Assembly: GCA_002345625.1 (NCBI GenBank)
Contig: DDWE01000158.1
Coordinates: 1-51,634 of the forward strand
DNA from: Desulfuromonadaceae bacterium UBA2294
Lineage (GTDB): Bacteria > Desulfobacterota > Desulfuromonadia > Desulfuromonadales > UBA2294
Direction: 5' to 3'
DNA: 51,634 bases
Every line of letters begins with the position of its first letter. The first letter of the stretch is position 1. Shown here one piece after another: positions 28,261 through 37,479 of the stretch. A model generated the notes under the pieces. It searched no databases. It was not told where the DNA came from and worked only from the letters and a program-made list of their open reading frames with translations. The position numbers and the translations under genes are program-made.

Positions 28261-28725
28261 TCAAATGCGGCCAGCGCGGATATCGTCTTCCAGGCTGGCA
28301 ATCTTGTCGAGCCGACGCTGGTGTCGCCCCCCTTCAAACGGGGTCTCGAGCCAGATCTTCACCATACTTCTGGCGGATGCGACATCGAGCACCCGACCGC
28401 CCATCACCAGAATGTTGGCGTCGTTATGTTCTTTGGCCATCTGCGCCGTAAAATCATCGTGCACCAGCGCCGCCCGCACACCGGGGAACTTGTTGGCGGT
28501 GATCGACATACCGATACCGGTACCGCAGATCAGAATACCGCGGGCTGCTTCACCACGCGACAAGGCTTTGGCGAGTTGGGCCGCGTAATCAGGGTAGTCG
28601 ACAGAATCATCCGACATCGTCCCGAGATCGTGCACAACCTGCTGGGCAGACAGCAGATACTCGACCAGGGCAGACTTCAGTTCGAGCCCGCCATGATCGC
28701 TGGCAATAACAATGGTCTGCGCCAT
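28261..28725 (-). CDS. rpiB: Ribose-5-phosphate isomerase B
   Basis: IVIASDHGGLELK...GILICGTGIGMSITANK. Confidence 0.93.
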   Translation of the reverse strand: MAQTIVIASDHGGLELKSALVEYLLSAQQVVHDLGTMSDDSVDYPDYAAQLAKALSRGEAARGILICGTGIGMSITANKFPGVRAALVHDDFTAQMAKEHNDANILVMGGRVLDVASARSMVKIWLETPFEGGRHQRRLDKIASLEDDIRAGRI

Positions 28726-28726
28726 A

Positions 28727-29953
28727 TCAGACTTTCCGGAACAGGATCGTTGCGTTTGTCCCGCCGAAGCCGAGCGAATTGCTCATGGCAACACGGATTT
28801 TAGCGTCACGCGCCGTATTCGGCACATAATCGAGATCGCAATCCGGATCGGGGTCCGTTAAGTTAATGGTCGGTGGAACGACGCCACGGTCCATGGCCAG
28901 CAGGGTGTAGACCGCCTCCAGACCACCGGCAGCGCCGAGGGCATGGCCGGTCATACTCTTGGTCGAACTGACCATAACCTTGCGCGCACGGTCACCAAGC
29001 GCCGATTTAATCGCCATGGTTTCATAAAGATCGTTGAACGGCGTCGACGTGCCATGGGCATTGATGTAATCGACTTCGTCCGGGTTTATCCCGCGCAGCG
29101 CCATCTTCATGCAGCGTGCCGCCCCCTCGCCATTCGGCGCCGGAGCAGTGAGATGATAGGCATCACCGGTCGCGCCGTAACCGGCGACTTCGGCATAGAT
29201 CTTGGCACCACGTTTCTTGGCTGACTCGTACTCTTCAAGAACGACAATACCCGCCCCTTCGCCCATGACGAAGCCATCGCGGCCCTTGTCGAACGGGCGA
29301 CTGGCAGCAGTCGGGTCATCATTGCGGGTCGAAAGCGCCTTCATGACGTTGAAACCGGCAATACCCAGCGGTGTGATCGTCGACTCGGTACCTCCAGCGA
29401 TCATCGCATCGGCGTCGCCGCGTTTGATCATATGATAAGCGTCGCCGATCGAATGAGTTCCGGTAGCACAGGCCGAGACCGAAGAGATATTGGGGCCCTT
29501 GGCACCATGACGAATGGAAATGTGGCCAGGGGCGAGGTTGATGATCAGCATCGGGATAAAGAAGGGTGAAACTTTTTTGTAGCCACCTTCCATCATCGCC
29601 TCGTGATATCGTTCAATAGCCGGCAGGCCACCAAGGCCAGCGCCAACCAGCACTCCGACATTCTCGGCATTCTCGTCATTGATCACCAGACCCGAGTCGG
29701 TCATCGCGAGTTCCGCCGCCGCCAGAGCATACTGGATAAAGAGATCCATTTTCTTGACCTCTTTCTTATCCATGTAGTCTTCCGGGTTGAAGTCCTTGAC
29801 CTCCCCGGCGATCTGGCTCGGCAGCTCCGATGCGTCGAAGCGGGTAATCCTGGCGATCCCCGACTTCCCTTGCGTCAAGGCAGCCCAGTTCTGTTCCACC
29901 CCGATACCAAGCGGTGAGACAACTCCAACACCCGTTACAACGACTCTTCGCAT
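28727..29953 (-). CDS. fabF: 3-oxoacyl-ACP synthase II
   Basis: [16 protein letters not shown] start, active-site SACATG, and the HGTSTP...GHALGAAG motifs. Confidence 0.95.
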   Translation of the reverse strand: MRRVVVTGVGVVSPLGIGVEQNWAALTQGKSGIARITRFDASELPSQIAGEVKDFNPEDYMDKKEVKKMDLFIQYALAAAELAMTDSGLVINDENAENVGVLVGAGLGGLPAIERYHEAMMEGGYKKVSPFFIPMLIINLAPGHISIRHGAKGPNISSVSACATGTHSIGDAYHMIKRGDADAMIAGGTESTITPLGIAGFNVMKALSTRNDDPTAASRPFDKGRDGFVMGEGAGIVVLEEYESAKKRGAKIYAEVAGYGATGDAYHLTAPAPNGEGAARCMKMALRGINPDEVDYINAHGTSTPFNDLYETMAIKSALGDRARKVMVSSTKSMTGHALGAAGGLEAVYTLLAMDRGVVPPTINLTDPDPDCDLDYVPNTARDAKIRVAMSNSLGFGGTNATILFRKV

Positions 29954-30028
29954 TGCGACAAAATCCTCCGTCGGCTACGCAATCTTACTCAAAAGGGTTG
30001 CCCCTCGTCTGACACGTCTTGCAGCTAA

Positions 30029-30054
30029 CCGGGAGAAGGTCTCCCTTCCCCCGG
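30029..30054 (-). other. GC-rich hairpin in the acpP-fabF intergenic region
   Basis: Minus-strand RNA: CCGGGGGAAGG-GAGA-CCUUCUCCCGG (11 bp including 1 G-U pair). No U-tract follows. Confidence 0.5.
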
Positions 30055-30062
30055 TCGTCACA

Positions 30063-30293
30063 TCAGGCATTTTCCTTGATGTAATTCACTGCATCACGGA
30101 CCGTCTGAATCTTCTCGGCGTCTTCGTCAGGAATCTCGATATCAAACTCCTCTTCCAGAGCCATAACCAGCTCGACGGTGTCGAGGGAGTCAGCACCAAG
30201 ATCATCCATGAAAGAGGCATCTTCAGTCACTTGATCCTCATCAACACCCAGCTGCTCGGCAACGATCTGCTTCACTTTTTCTTCAATAGCCAT
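30063..30293 (-). CDS. acpP: Acyl carrier protein
   Basis: [19 protein letters not shown] phosphopantetheine-attachment motif. Confidence 0.97.
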   Translation of the reverse strand: MAIEEKVKQIVAEQLGVDEDQVTEDASFMDDLGADSLDTVELVMALEEEFDIEIPDEDAEKIQTVRDAVNYIKENA

Positions 30294-30340
30294 TGTTCTT
30301 TCCTCCTTGAATTGGTGGGTCTATGGAGACTTCTCCGGTC

Positions 30341-31078
30341 TTACATGTACATACCGCCATTAATACCGAGCACCTGCCCGGTAATGTATGAAGATTGATC
30401 AGCGGCCAGAAACACAACCGCATGCGCAATATCGGCCGCTTCGCCGAAACGGGCAAGAGGGATCTGCGCAAGCAACTCTGCCCTTACCTTCTCCGGCAGT
30501 TCATCGGTCATCTCGGTCGAAATAAAACCCGGAGTGATGGCGTTGACCGTAATGTTGCGTTTCGACAGTTCACGAGCATTCGATTTGGTCAATCCGATCA
30601 GTCCGGCCTTACTGGCGCAGTAATTGGCCTGTCCGGCGTTCCCCATTTCACCAACGACCGAAGAGATATTAATAATCCGCCCCGAGCGCTGCTTGGTCAT
30701 CACCTTGGCCACGGCCCGGGTCAAGACAAAAGCACCTTTAAGATTGGTATCAAGAACCGCGTCCCAGTCCTCATCTCGCATCCGTAGCAGCAGACCGTCA
30801 CGGGTGATCCCGGCGTTGTTGACCAGGATATCGACACGGCCATAAGCGGACATGGCTGCCTCAATCAGGCGGTCGGCATCTTCCGTCCGAGCGACATCAC
30901 CGACAACGGCCAGAGCCTTCCCTCCGGCTGCAGAAATCTCTGCAACCAGTTGGTTAAGCAGCTCCTCGTTTCGGGCTGAGGCGACAACGGTAGCACCTTT
31001 AGAGGCAAGTTCAAGAGCGATGGTGCGACCAATGCCACGCGAGGCACCGGTGACAACGGCAATTTTATCTTTCAGCAT
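30341..31078 (-). CDS. fabG: 3-oxoacyl-ACP reductase
   Basis: VTGASRGIGR, NNAGI and YCASKAG SDR motifs. Lies between fabD and acpP. Confidence 0.95.
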   Translation of the reverse strand: MLKDKIAVVTGASRGIGRTIALELASKGATVVASARNEELLNQLVAEISAAGGKALAVVGDVARTEDADRLIEAAMSAYGRVDILVNNAGITRDGLLLRMRDEDWDAVLDTNLKGAFVLTRAVAKVMTKQRSGRIINISSVVGEMGNAGQANYCASKAGLIGLTKSNARELSKRNITVNAITPGFISTEMTDELPEKVRAELLAQIPLARFGEAADIAHAVVFLAADQSSYITGQVLGINGGMYM

Positions 31079-31098
31079 GAAAAACTCCGCTTTTTTGA

Positions 31099-32016
31099 CT
31101 ACAGCAACTTCTGCAGGGAGGCTGTATCCTCCATGTTCTGGGCATCGGCTGTTTTTACAATACGCTTGACCAGACCGGCGAGAACCTTGCCCGGACCTAT
31201 TTCAATGAACCGCTCGACGCCGAGGGCCGCCATCCGCTCAACCGAAGCATCCCAGCGTACAGGTGCGCTGACCTGACGAACCAGCAGATCACGCACCCGG
31301 TTCGCATCCTGATTCGGCTCAGCCTCAACATTGCTGACCACCGGCACAACCAGCGGTGCCAGGACAAGTTTATCGAGAACCGCGGCCAGACGCTCACCGG
31401 CAGGGACCATCAAGGAGCAATGAAACGGGGCGCTGACCGGCAAAGGCAGGGCACGCTTTGCCCCCTTCTCCTTGGCCAGAGCCATGGCACGCTCAACGGC
31501 AGAGGTATGACCGGCGATAACTACCTGACCAGGACTGTTGAAATTGGCAGGCGCAACAACCTCGCCCTGTGCGGCAGCCTGACAGACAGTCTCAAGATCG
31601 GCACCATCAAGGCCGAGGATCGCCGCCATGGCGCCGACACCGACCGGAACCGCCTGTTGCATGAACGCACCGCGCTGACGCACCGTGCGCACGGCATCGG
31701 CGAAATTCATCGTCCCGGCACAGACCAGAGCTGAATACTCACCAAGGGAGTGCCCGGCTGCATAGTCAGGACGCAGACCGGTCTCCTGCTCCAGCACGCG
31801 CAAGGCAGCAATACTGGTGGTCAGAATCGCCGGTTGCGTATTGGTTGTCAGCTTCAGGTCCTCTTCCGGGCCGTTGAAACAGAGGTCGGAGAGGTTGAAA
31901 CCGATGGCGTCGTTGGCTTCTTCAAAGACCGTCCGCGCGGTCGCAAAGTTGTCGGCAAGGTCTTTGCCCATACCGGCAAATTGGGAACCCTGACCCGGAA
32001 ACACAAATGCGATCAT
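31099..32016 (-). CDS. fabD: Malonyl-CoA-ACP transacylase
   Basis: Start taken at ATG 32016 (MIAFVFPGQGSQ). Active site GHSLGEY. The ORF-track start is a TTG 4 codons upstream, directly abutting the SD. Confidence 0.95.
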   Translation of the reverse strand: MIAFVFPGQGSQFAGMGKDLADNFATARTVFEEANDAIGFNLSDLCFNGPEEDLKLTTNTQPAILTTSIAALRVLEQETGLRPDYAAGHSLGEYSALVCAGTMNFADAVRTVRQRGAFMQQAVPVGVGAMAAILGLDGADLETVCQAAAQGEVVAPANFNSPGQVVIAGHTSAVERAMALAKEKGAKRALPLPVSAPFHCSLMVPAGERLAAVLDKLVLAPLVVPVVSNVEAEPNQDANRVRDLLVRQVSAPVRWDASVERMAALGVERFIEIGPGKVLAGLVKRIVKTADAQNMEDTASLQKLL

Positions 32017-32040
32017 ATTTAAATTCAACTCCTGTTGCAG

Positions 32041-33042
32041 TTACCAGCGCACCAGCGCCGAACCCCAGGTGAAACCGCCACCGAACGCATCAAACAAAAG
32101 AATATCGTTCGGCTTGATCCGTCCGGCACGATTCGCTTCATCCAGTGCAACCGGGATCGTTGCCGCCGAGGTGTTGCCAAAACGGTCAACGTTGATATAG
32201 ACCTTGTCTTCGGGCAGCCCCAGACGCTTTGCCGTTGCCTCGAGAATCCGGATATTGGCCTGATGCGGAATAAAAAGGTCGACATCGGTCATGGTCATGC
32301 CGTTGTGCGCAACCGCTTCCTGCGCCACTTCAGTCAGCATGCGCACGGCAACCTTGAACACCTCGTTCCCCTGCATCTTCAGAAAATAGTTGCGATCCTG
32401 CATGGCTTCGGGAGTAGGCATGTGCCGCGTACCGAAACCGGGCTGGTAGAGAAGGTTGAAGTAGGAACCATCTGAATGGAGGTGAGTGGAGAGGATCCCC
32501 TGATCGCCTGGCTGGGCTTCAAGAACAACCGCGCCAGCTGCGTCGCCAAACAGGACACAGGTATTGCGATCCTCCCAGTCGATAATGCGCGACAAGGTCT
32601 CAGCGCCAATAACCAGCGCTTTTTTGATCTGACCACTCTCGATCTGGGCAGTTGCCATACTCAGGGCGTAAACGAAACCACTACAGGCCGCTGACAGGTC
32701 ATACGCCGCGGCATTTTTGGCGCCGAGGTTCTGCTGGACAATGCAGGCTGTCGACGGCCAGGGGTAATCGGCAGAGATGGTGCCGAGGATGATCAGATCG
32801 ATCTCCGACGGTTGCACGCCGGCCATGTCCAGAGCATTACGTGCCGCTTTGGTCGCGAGGTCGGAGGTAAATTCTCCATCTGCGGCAATGCGACGTTCGC
32901 GGATACCGGTGCGCGACACAATCCATTCATCATTGGTGTCTATGATTTTTTCAAGATCCTTATTGGTCAGGATCTTGTCCGGAAGACAGGATCCGGTACC
33001 GGTGATGCGGGCTCTATTCAGCAAAACGGCCACCTCATTCAA
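32041..33042 (-). CDS. fabH: 3-oxoacyl-ACP synthase III
   Basis: ITGTGSCLP, AACSGF, and the C-terminal GGGFTWGSALVRW. The start is uncertain. The ORF-track start is TTG 33042. TTG 33024 has a GAGGTG SD 6 nt upstream and gives MLNRARITGTGS. Confidence 0.93.
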   Translation of the reverse strand: MNEVAVLLNRARITGTGSCLPDKILTNKDLEKIIDTNDEWIVSRTGIRERRIAADGEFTSDLATKAARNALDMAGVQPSEIDLIILGTISADYPWPSTACIVQQNLGAKNAAAYDLSAACSGFVYALSMATAQIESGQIKKALVIGAETLSRIIDWEDRNTCVLFGDAAGAVVLEAQPGDQGILSTHLHSDGSYFNLLYQPGFGTRHMPTPEAMQDRNYFLKMQGNEVFKVAVRMLTEVAQEAVAHNGMTMTDVDLFIPHQANIRILEATAKRLGLPEDKVYINVDRFGNTSAATIPVALDEANRAGRIKPNDILLFDAFGGGFTWGSALVRW

Positions 33043-33050
33043 ATGCAGGG

Positions 33051-34043
33051 TTACAGTTGTGCAGCCAGCTTGTCATTGATCTTCTGGCGAACCGCCAGAG
33101 AGGCCAGATTGACAGCATTCATGATTGCCTTGGCATTCGATCCACCGTGGCAGATCATCCCTGCCCCCTGGATTCCCAACAGAGGCGCTCCGCCGTACTC
33201 GGCATAATCGACACGCTTCTTAAAGGCACGAAATGCCGGCCGCGAGAGCAGATAGCCGATCTTGGCCACCAGACTCTTGCTTATTTCATCGCGCAACATC
33301 TGACCGATTGCTTCGGCCAACCCCTCACACGTCTTCAGAACAACATTACCGACAAAACCATCACAGACAACCACATCGACCGAACCATTAAACGTGTCAC
33401 GACCCTCAACGCTGCCGATGTAATTAAACGAAGCCGAGGAGAGCAGAGTGTGCGCCTCACGGGTCAGGTCATTCCCCTTCCCCTCTTCTTCTCCATTGGA
33501 GAGTATGCCGATACGCGGGTTCTTCACCCCGAGCAGCTCGCGGGCGTAAACGTTCCCCATGGTGGCAAACTGCATCAGATGCAGCGGCTTGCAATCGACA
33601 TTACCGCCGGCATCCAGCAACAGGGTCTGACCGTTGACGTTGGGAATGACCGTGGCGATTGCCGGACGGTCGATACCCGGTATGCGCTTGAGGGTAAACA
33701 TGCCAGCGGCCATGGTCGCGCCGGAATTTCCGGCCGACACCACGGCATGCGCGCTACCCGCCTTGACCAGCTCGAAGGCGACGCGTATAGAAGAGTTACG
33801 CTTTTTACGGACCGCATCGGACGCCGCATCGTGCATGCCGACAACATCGGCTGCGTGCTCGATGGTGACCGAAAGGTTACGGATATCATGCCGCGCGAGT
33901 TCTACCGCAACGGCATCGGTATCACCGACCAGAACAATGGCCATCCCCCAGCGTTTTGCGGCGGCGACTGCACCTTCCACTATAACACCCGGGCCATGGT
34001 CCCCCCCCATCGCGTCGACGGCAATTGTGATGTTTTTGTTCAA
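33051..34043 (-). CDS. plsX: Phosphate acyltransferase PlsX
   Basis: [17 protein letters not shown] start. Lies between rpmF and fabH. Confidence 0.95.
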   Translation of the reverse strand: MNKNITIAVDAMGGDHGPGVIVEGAVAAAKRWGMAIVLVGDTDAVAVELARHDIRNLSVTIEHAADVVGMHDAASDAVRKKRNSSIRVAFELVKAGSAHAVVSAGNSGATMAAGMFTLKRIPGIDRPAIATVIPNVNGQTLLLDAGGNVDCKPLHLMQFATMGNVYARELLGVKNPRIGILSNGEEEGKGNDLTREAHTLLSSASFNYIGSVEGRDTFNGSVDVVVCDGFVGNVVLKTCEGLAEAIGQMLRDEISKSLVAKIGYLLSRPAFRAFKKRVDYAEYGGAPLLGIQGAGMICHGGSNAKAIMNAVNLASLAVRQKINDKLAAQL

Positions 34044-34060
34044 GAACGTCGTCCGATCGC

Positions 34061-34240
34061 TTATTCGTCGCTACCGGTTACGTTCTGCCCCTTGTAGGTA
34101 CCGCAGCTGGCGCAGGCACGATGGGGCAGTTTGGTTTCATTGCACTGCGGACAGACCGACAAACCGGCCGGGGTCAAAAAGTCATGCGCGCGCCGCATGT
34201 CACGTTTGGATTTCGAGGTTTTCTTCTTCGGAACAGCCAT
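34061..34240 (-). CDS. rpmF: 50S ribosomal protein L32
   Basis: Below the ORF-track size cut-off. Translated by hand: [67 protein letters not shown] upstream. Confidence 0.9.
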   Translation of the reverse strand: MAVPKKKTSKSKRDMRRAHDFLTPAGLSVCPQCNETKLPHRACASCGTYKGQNVTGSDE

Positions 34241-34344
34241 GAGTTGAAACTCCTTTCAAACCCGCTTGAGCGGGGATCCTGTAAATCCTGAAAATACATG
34301 TTTATATACAAACAACAAGAGCCGGAGCATCCGTCCCTTTTATC

Positions 34345-34917
34345 TTATGAATCTTTTTTGCTGCCGTTCGGGTCGAGCTTTAGATTTTTCAAAGCAGCAA
34401 ACCGTGTATCAAACTGCGGTTGTGCACATTGGCACGTCCCGGCATTACGGTCAATACCACAATTGGGGCATAAACCCTGGCAGTTGCCATTGCACAAGGG
34501 GTGCAGCGGCATCGCAATCAGTATATTTTCGAGCAACGGTTCGGCCAGGTCGAGTTCATCCCCTTCCACCAGATCGATCCCCATCTCTTCGGCGGTCAGT
34601 TCAACCCCCTCTTCACCGGATTCGTCTTCGACTTCGGGCAACTCGGTGGCGAAGGTCAACGAAAACGATTCACTTAACGGCGCGACAAAGCGCTTAAGGC
34701 AGCGTCCGCAGGGGAGCTCAACCTGAGCCGCTATCGTCGCATCGACCTCAACCATATCATAGGCACGAACCACCCGAAGTGTGTAATCGATCGGGCCTGT
34801 AAACTCGATATTCAGGTCATTGATACGCGCGACCAGCTCGGCCCGCAGGTCGTCATCCACCTCGCCGGTCAGCAGCAGTCCTTCATCCCTGATATCGTCG
34901 AGACAAATGGTCAGCAC
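34345..34917 (-). CDS. yceD: YceD/DUF177 family protein (large-subunit rRNA accumulation protein)
   Basis: CGRCLKRF ... CNGNCQGLCPNCG motifs. GTG start with a GGAGG SD 4 nt upstream. Lies upstream of rpmF, as in E. coli. Confidence 0.85.
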   Translation of the reverse strand: MLTICLDDIRDEGLLLTGEVDDDLRAELVARINDLNIEFTGPIDYTLRVVRAYDMVEVDATIAAQVELPCGRCLKRFVAPLSESFSLTFATELPEVEDESGEEGVELTAEEMGIDLVEGDELDLAEPLLENILIAMPLHPLCNGNCQGLCPNCGIDRNAGTCQCAQPQFDTRFAALKNLKLDPNGSKKDS

Positions 34918-34930
34918 ATTTCCTCCGGCC

Positions 34931-34959
34931 TTGACGCAATCAAAAGCGCTTAGTATAAA
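34931..34959 (+). promoter_or_regulatory. Candidate sigma-70 promoter facing mazG
   Basis: TTGACG (34931-34936), 17 nt spacer, TATAAA (34954-34959). It would give a leader of about 120 nt. Confidence 0.4.
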
Positions 34960-34979
34960 GATCGCCTCTGCGTTGTCAA
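34952..34979 (-). promoter_or_regulatory. Candidate sigma-70 promoter for the yceD-rpmF-plsX-fab operon
   Basis: Minus strand: TTGACA (34979-34974), 16 nt spacer, TATACT (34957-34952). It would give a leader of about 28 nt that contains the GGAGG SD. Confidence 0.45.
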
Positions 34980-35086
34980 GTGCGAATTGCGGCGCAGATC
35001 GGGTGGCTTGGGCATGACTTTATTAGCCCAATCCCCCTAATTTTGCAAGATGTTTATTCGTCCATTCAGCCCCGCCGTATAGTAAT

Positions 35087-35908
35087 ATGACCACAATCGA
35101 AGCAGAAAGATTAAAGAGACAAAATATGATTCAGGACATAGACGATCCGATTCGCAGACTCATTGCCATCGTTGCCCACCTGCGCAGCCCTGAGGGTTGC
35201 CCGTGGGACCGGGAACAGACTGTTGCCAGCCTGCGCCCCTATCTGGTTGAAGAATGCTATGAATTCCTCAGCGCCATTGATGGTGACGACACCGAAGACA
35301 TGGCACACGAACTGGGTGATCTCCTGTTACAAGTCGTCTTTTATGGTCAGCTCTTCAATGAGCAGGGCGCCTTCGACATTGACCGTGCCGCAGAAGCCAT
35401 CTGCCAAAAACTGGTGCGCCGTCATCCGCACGTCTTTGCCAATTCACAGATCGGCAACCGGTCCGAACTCGACCAGCAGTGGGAGACCATCAAACAGACC
35501 GAACGCAAAACAGTGGCAACATCGCTGTTTTCAACGCTGCCTTGTGGGTTGCCGGCCCTGCAAAGTGCCCAGAAGGTCTCAAATATTGCGGCTCGGGTCG
35601 GCTTTGACTGGACAGATGTGAACGGTGTGTTCGAAAAGCTACAAGAAGAGAGCAAAGAATTGGAAACCGCTTTGCAGCAGGAGACCAGCGAACGGATCGA
35701 AGCCGAATTAGGCGATCTGCTGTTTACCGCCGTCAATCTGGCCCGGCATCTCAACCTTGATGCCGAGACAACCTTGCGGAAAACGACTGATCGATTTATT
35801 CGTCGATTTCAGTTTATTGAACAATCCCTGTCCGAGGAGAATCTCACTCCGGGTGAGGTTTCTCCAGAGCGGCTAAACAGCCTCTGGGAGTCGGCAAAAA
35901 TTGCATAA
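35087..35908 (+). CDS. mazG: Nucleoside triphosphate pyrophosphohydrolase MazG
   Basis: LRSPEGCPWDREQT and two EExGDLL-type repeats (ELGDLLLQVVFY / AELGDLLFTAVNLAR). An alternative start lies at ATG 35126. Confidence 0.9.
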   Translation: MTTIEAERLKRQNMIQDIDDPIRRLIAIVAHLRSPEGCPWDREQTVASLRPYLVEECYEFLSAIDGDDTEDMAHELGDLLLQVVFYGQLFNEQGAFDIDRAAEAICQKLVRRHPHVFANSQIGNRSELDQQWETIKQTERKTVATSLFSTLPCGLPALQSAQKVSNIAARVGFDWTDVNGVFEKLQEESKELETALQQETSERIEAELGDLLFTAVNLARHLNLDAETTLRKTTDRFIRRFQFIEQSLSEENLTPGEVSPERLNSLWESAKIA

Positions 35909-36168
35909 TAATCAAAAAAACGCGCAAAACCGGCCCATTGCGCAAGGTTAAACGTTTTGTCCACAAAATGTGTTGAAAACATGTTGAAAAGCTTGTTGGC
36001 AACAGGTAACCCCTGCGCCACTACAAGGACCTTATCAGATTGCCTTTTTTTTAGGCACGGCATATATTTCTGTAATTACAGCTATTTACGATGTTCACAT
36101 AGAATGCGACGCGGACAATCGGTTTTCAATCATATCTGTTAAAAAGCTGCAGAGCGAAGGGGGTCTTT

Positions 36169-36561
36169 GTGTTCATAAAGCTCGCTGTCTTATTTATTTT
36201 CGTGCCAATTTGCGAAATTTTCGTCCTCTTACAGGCAAACAATACAATTGGTACACTCTGGACTGTCGGATTGGTGATTTTAACCGGAATATCCGGGGCG
36301 ATGCTGATGCGCCATGAAGGATTCAGCGTCCTGACTAGAATTCAAACGGCTCTGGCACAAGGACATCTGCCCGCTTCAGAATTGATGGATGCGGCGCTGA
36401 TATTGGTAGGCGGCGTTCTGCTGCTCACCCCGGGATTCCTGACCGACCTGACCGGCTTTATTATCCTGACGCCCTGGAGTCGTAGCTTGATAAAGAATGC
36501 GCTGCTGGGGTGGATGCGGCAGAAACTGGAACGAGGCGAAATCGTCATCAGAAGAGTTTGA
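36169..36561 (+). CDS. fxsA: FxsA family membrane protein
   Basis: FIFVPICEIFVLL...LLLTPGFLTDLTGF motifs. GTG start. Confidence 0.8.
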   Translation: MFIKLAVLFIFVPICEIFVLLQANNTIGTLWTVGLVILTGISGAMLMRHEGFSVLTRIQTALAQGHLPASELMDAALILVGGVLLLTPGFLTDLTGFIILTPWSRSLIKNALLGWMRQKLERGEIVIRRV

Positions 36562-36584
36562 TGGGCCCGGGCATAAAAAGACTA

Positions 36585-36905
36585 TCAGGAGATGAAGGCA
36601 AAGGGCTCGTTACTCCAATCGTTTTCATGCATCGGGGCCATGATCTGGTAATGATCCGGCAGCGGGTTTTCAACGATCAGCGAAGGAATGGCGCTGCGGG
36701 CAGAAAGACCACCGCAGAAAAAGACAAGGCCAACGATCAAAGGGGCGGCAACATTGGCGGTAAAATGCAGGGCCAGACCAGCCTTGCGTCCAAATGCGCG
36801 CTTCATCAGTCGCACACGGAAAAACTCACGGTCGGACAGCAACCTGATCAGTGAAATCAGAGCGACAACAAAAGAGAATAGGCCCATGGTGACATAGGTA
36901 TTCAT
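36585..36905 (-). CDS. Hypothetical membrane protein (106 aa)
   Basis: Two hydrophobic helices. GGAGG SD 5 nt upstream of the ATG, and its own promoter-like element. Confidence 0.55.
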   Translation of the reverse strand: MNTYVTMGLFSFVVALISLIRLLSDREFFRVRLMKRAFGRKAGLALHFTANVAAPLIVGLVFFCGGLSARSAIPSLIVENPLPDHYQIMAPMHENDWSNEPFAFIS

Positions 36906-36953
36906 CGATACCTCCGCGAGGTGATCAATATCGTTTAATCGCGCATTTTTTCC

Positions 36954-36982
36954 ATTATAGCGGCATCAATTCAGACTAGCAA
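36954..36982 (-). promoter_or_regulatory. Candidate sigma-70 promoter for the 106-aa membrane protein gene
   Basis: Minus strand: TTGCTA (36982-36977), 17 nt spacer, TATAAT (36959-36954). Confidence 0.4.
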
Positions 36983-36992
36983 GGCAACATCC

Positions 36993-37412
36993 TTATGTTC
37001 CGATTATTTTGATCAAAACCCGCTTGCGCCGATCCCCATCAAACTCACCATAAAAGATCTGCTCCCAAGGGCCAAAATCGAGCTGCCCACCGGTCACCGC
37101 AACCACCACCTCCCGCCCCATCACCGAACGCTTGAGATGCGCATCGCCATTATCTTCACCGGTGCGATTGTGCTCGTACTGACTTATCGGCTCGTGTGGA
37201 GCCAGACGCTCCAGCCAGCGCTCGAAATCGGCGTGCAGACCGCGCTCGTCATCGTTGATAAACACTGACGCAGTGATGTGCATGGCGTTGACCAGACACA
37301 GACCCTCCTTGATACCACTCTCGGCCAGACAGTTTTCGACGTCACGGGTTATATTGACCATGCCCCGCCGCCCCTTGATTTCGAACCAGAGTTCCTTGCG
37401 ATACGACTTCAT
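36993..37412 (-). CDS. yjbQ: YjbQ/UPF0047 family protein (secondary thiamine-phosphate synthase-like)
   Basis: [18 protein letters not shown]...[14 protein letters not shown]...[21 protein letters not shown]. Confidence 0.9.
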   Translation of the reverse strand: MKSYRKELWFEIKGRRGMVNITRDVENCLAESGIKEGLCLVNAMHITASVFINDDERGLHADFERWLERLAPHEPISQYEHNRTGEDNGDAHLKRSVMGREVVVAVTGGQLDFGPWEQIFYGEFDGDRRKRVLIKIIGT

Positions 37413-37479
37413 CCGTCACTCCTTGACTGATCGATGCATCTTGCCTTACAGACAGCAGATATGCTATGAATCCATCGCC

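Noticed and set aside
35997-36016. A sigma-54-like TGGCA ... TGC element upstream of fxsA.
   Set aside because: The GG-to-GC spacing is about 16 nt rather than the required 11, and the -12 element is not TTGC(A/T).
35957-36142. 61-aa plus-strand ORF in the mazG-fxsA spacer.
   Set aside because: It has a non-ATG start with no SD. The composition is Cys/Arg-rich and random-looking, and it spans the repeat/operator-like region. It is more likely non-coding.
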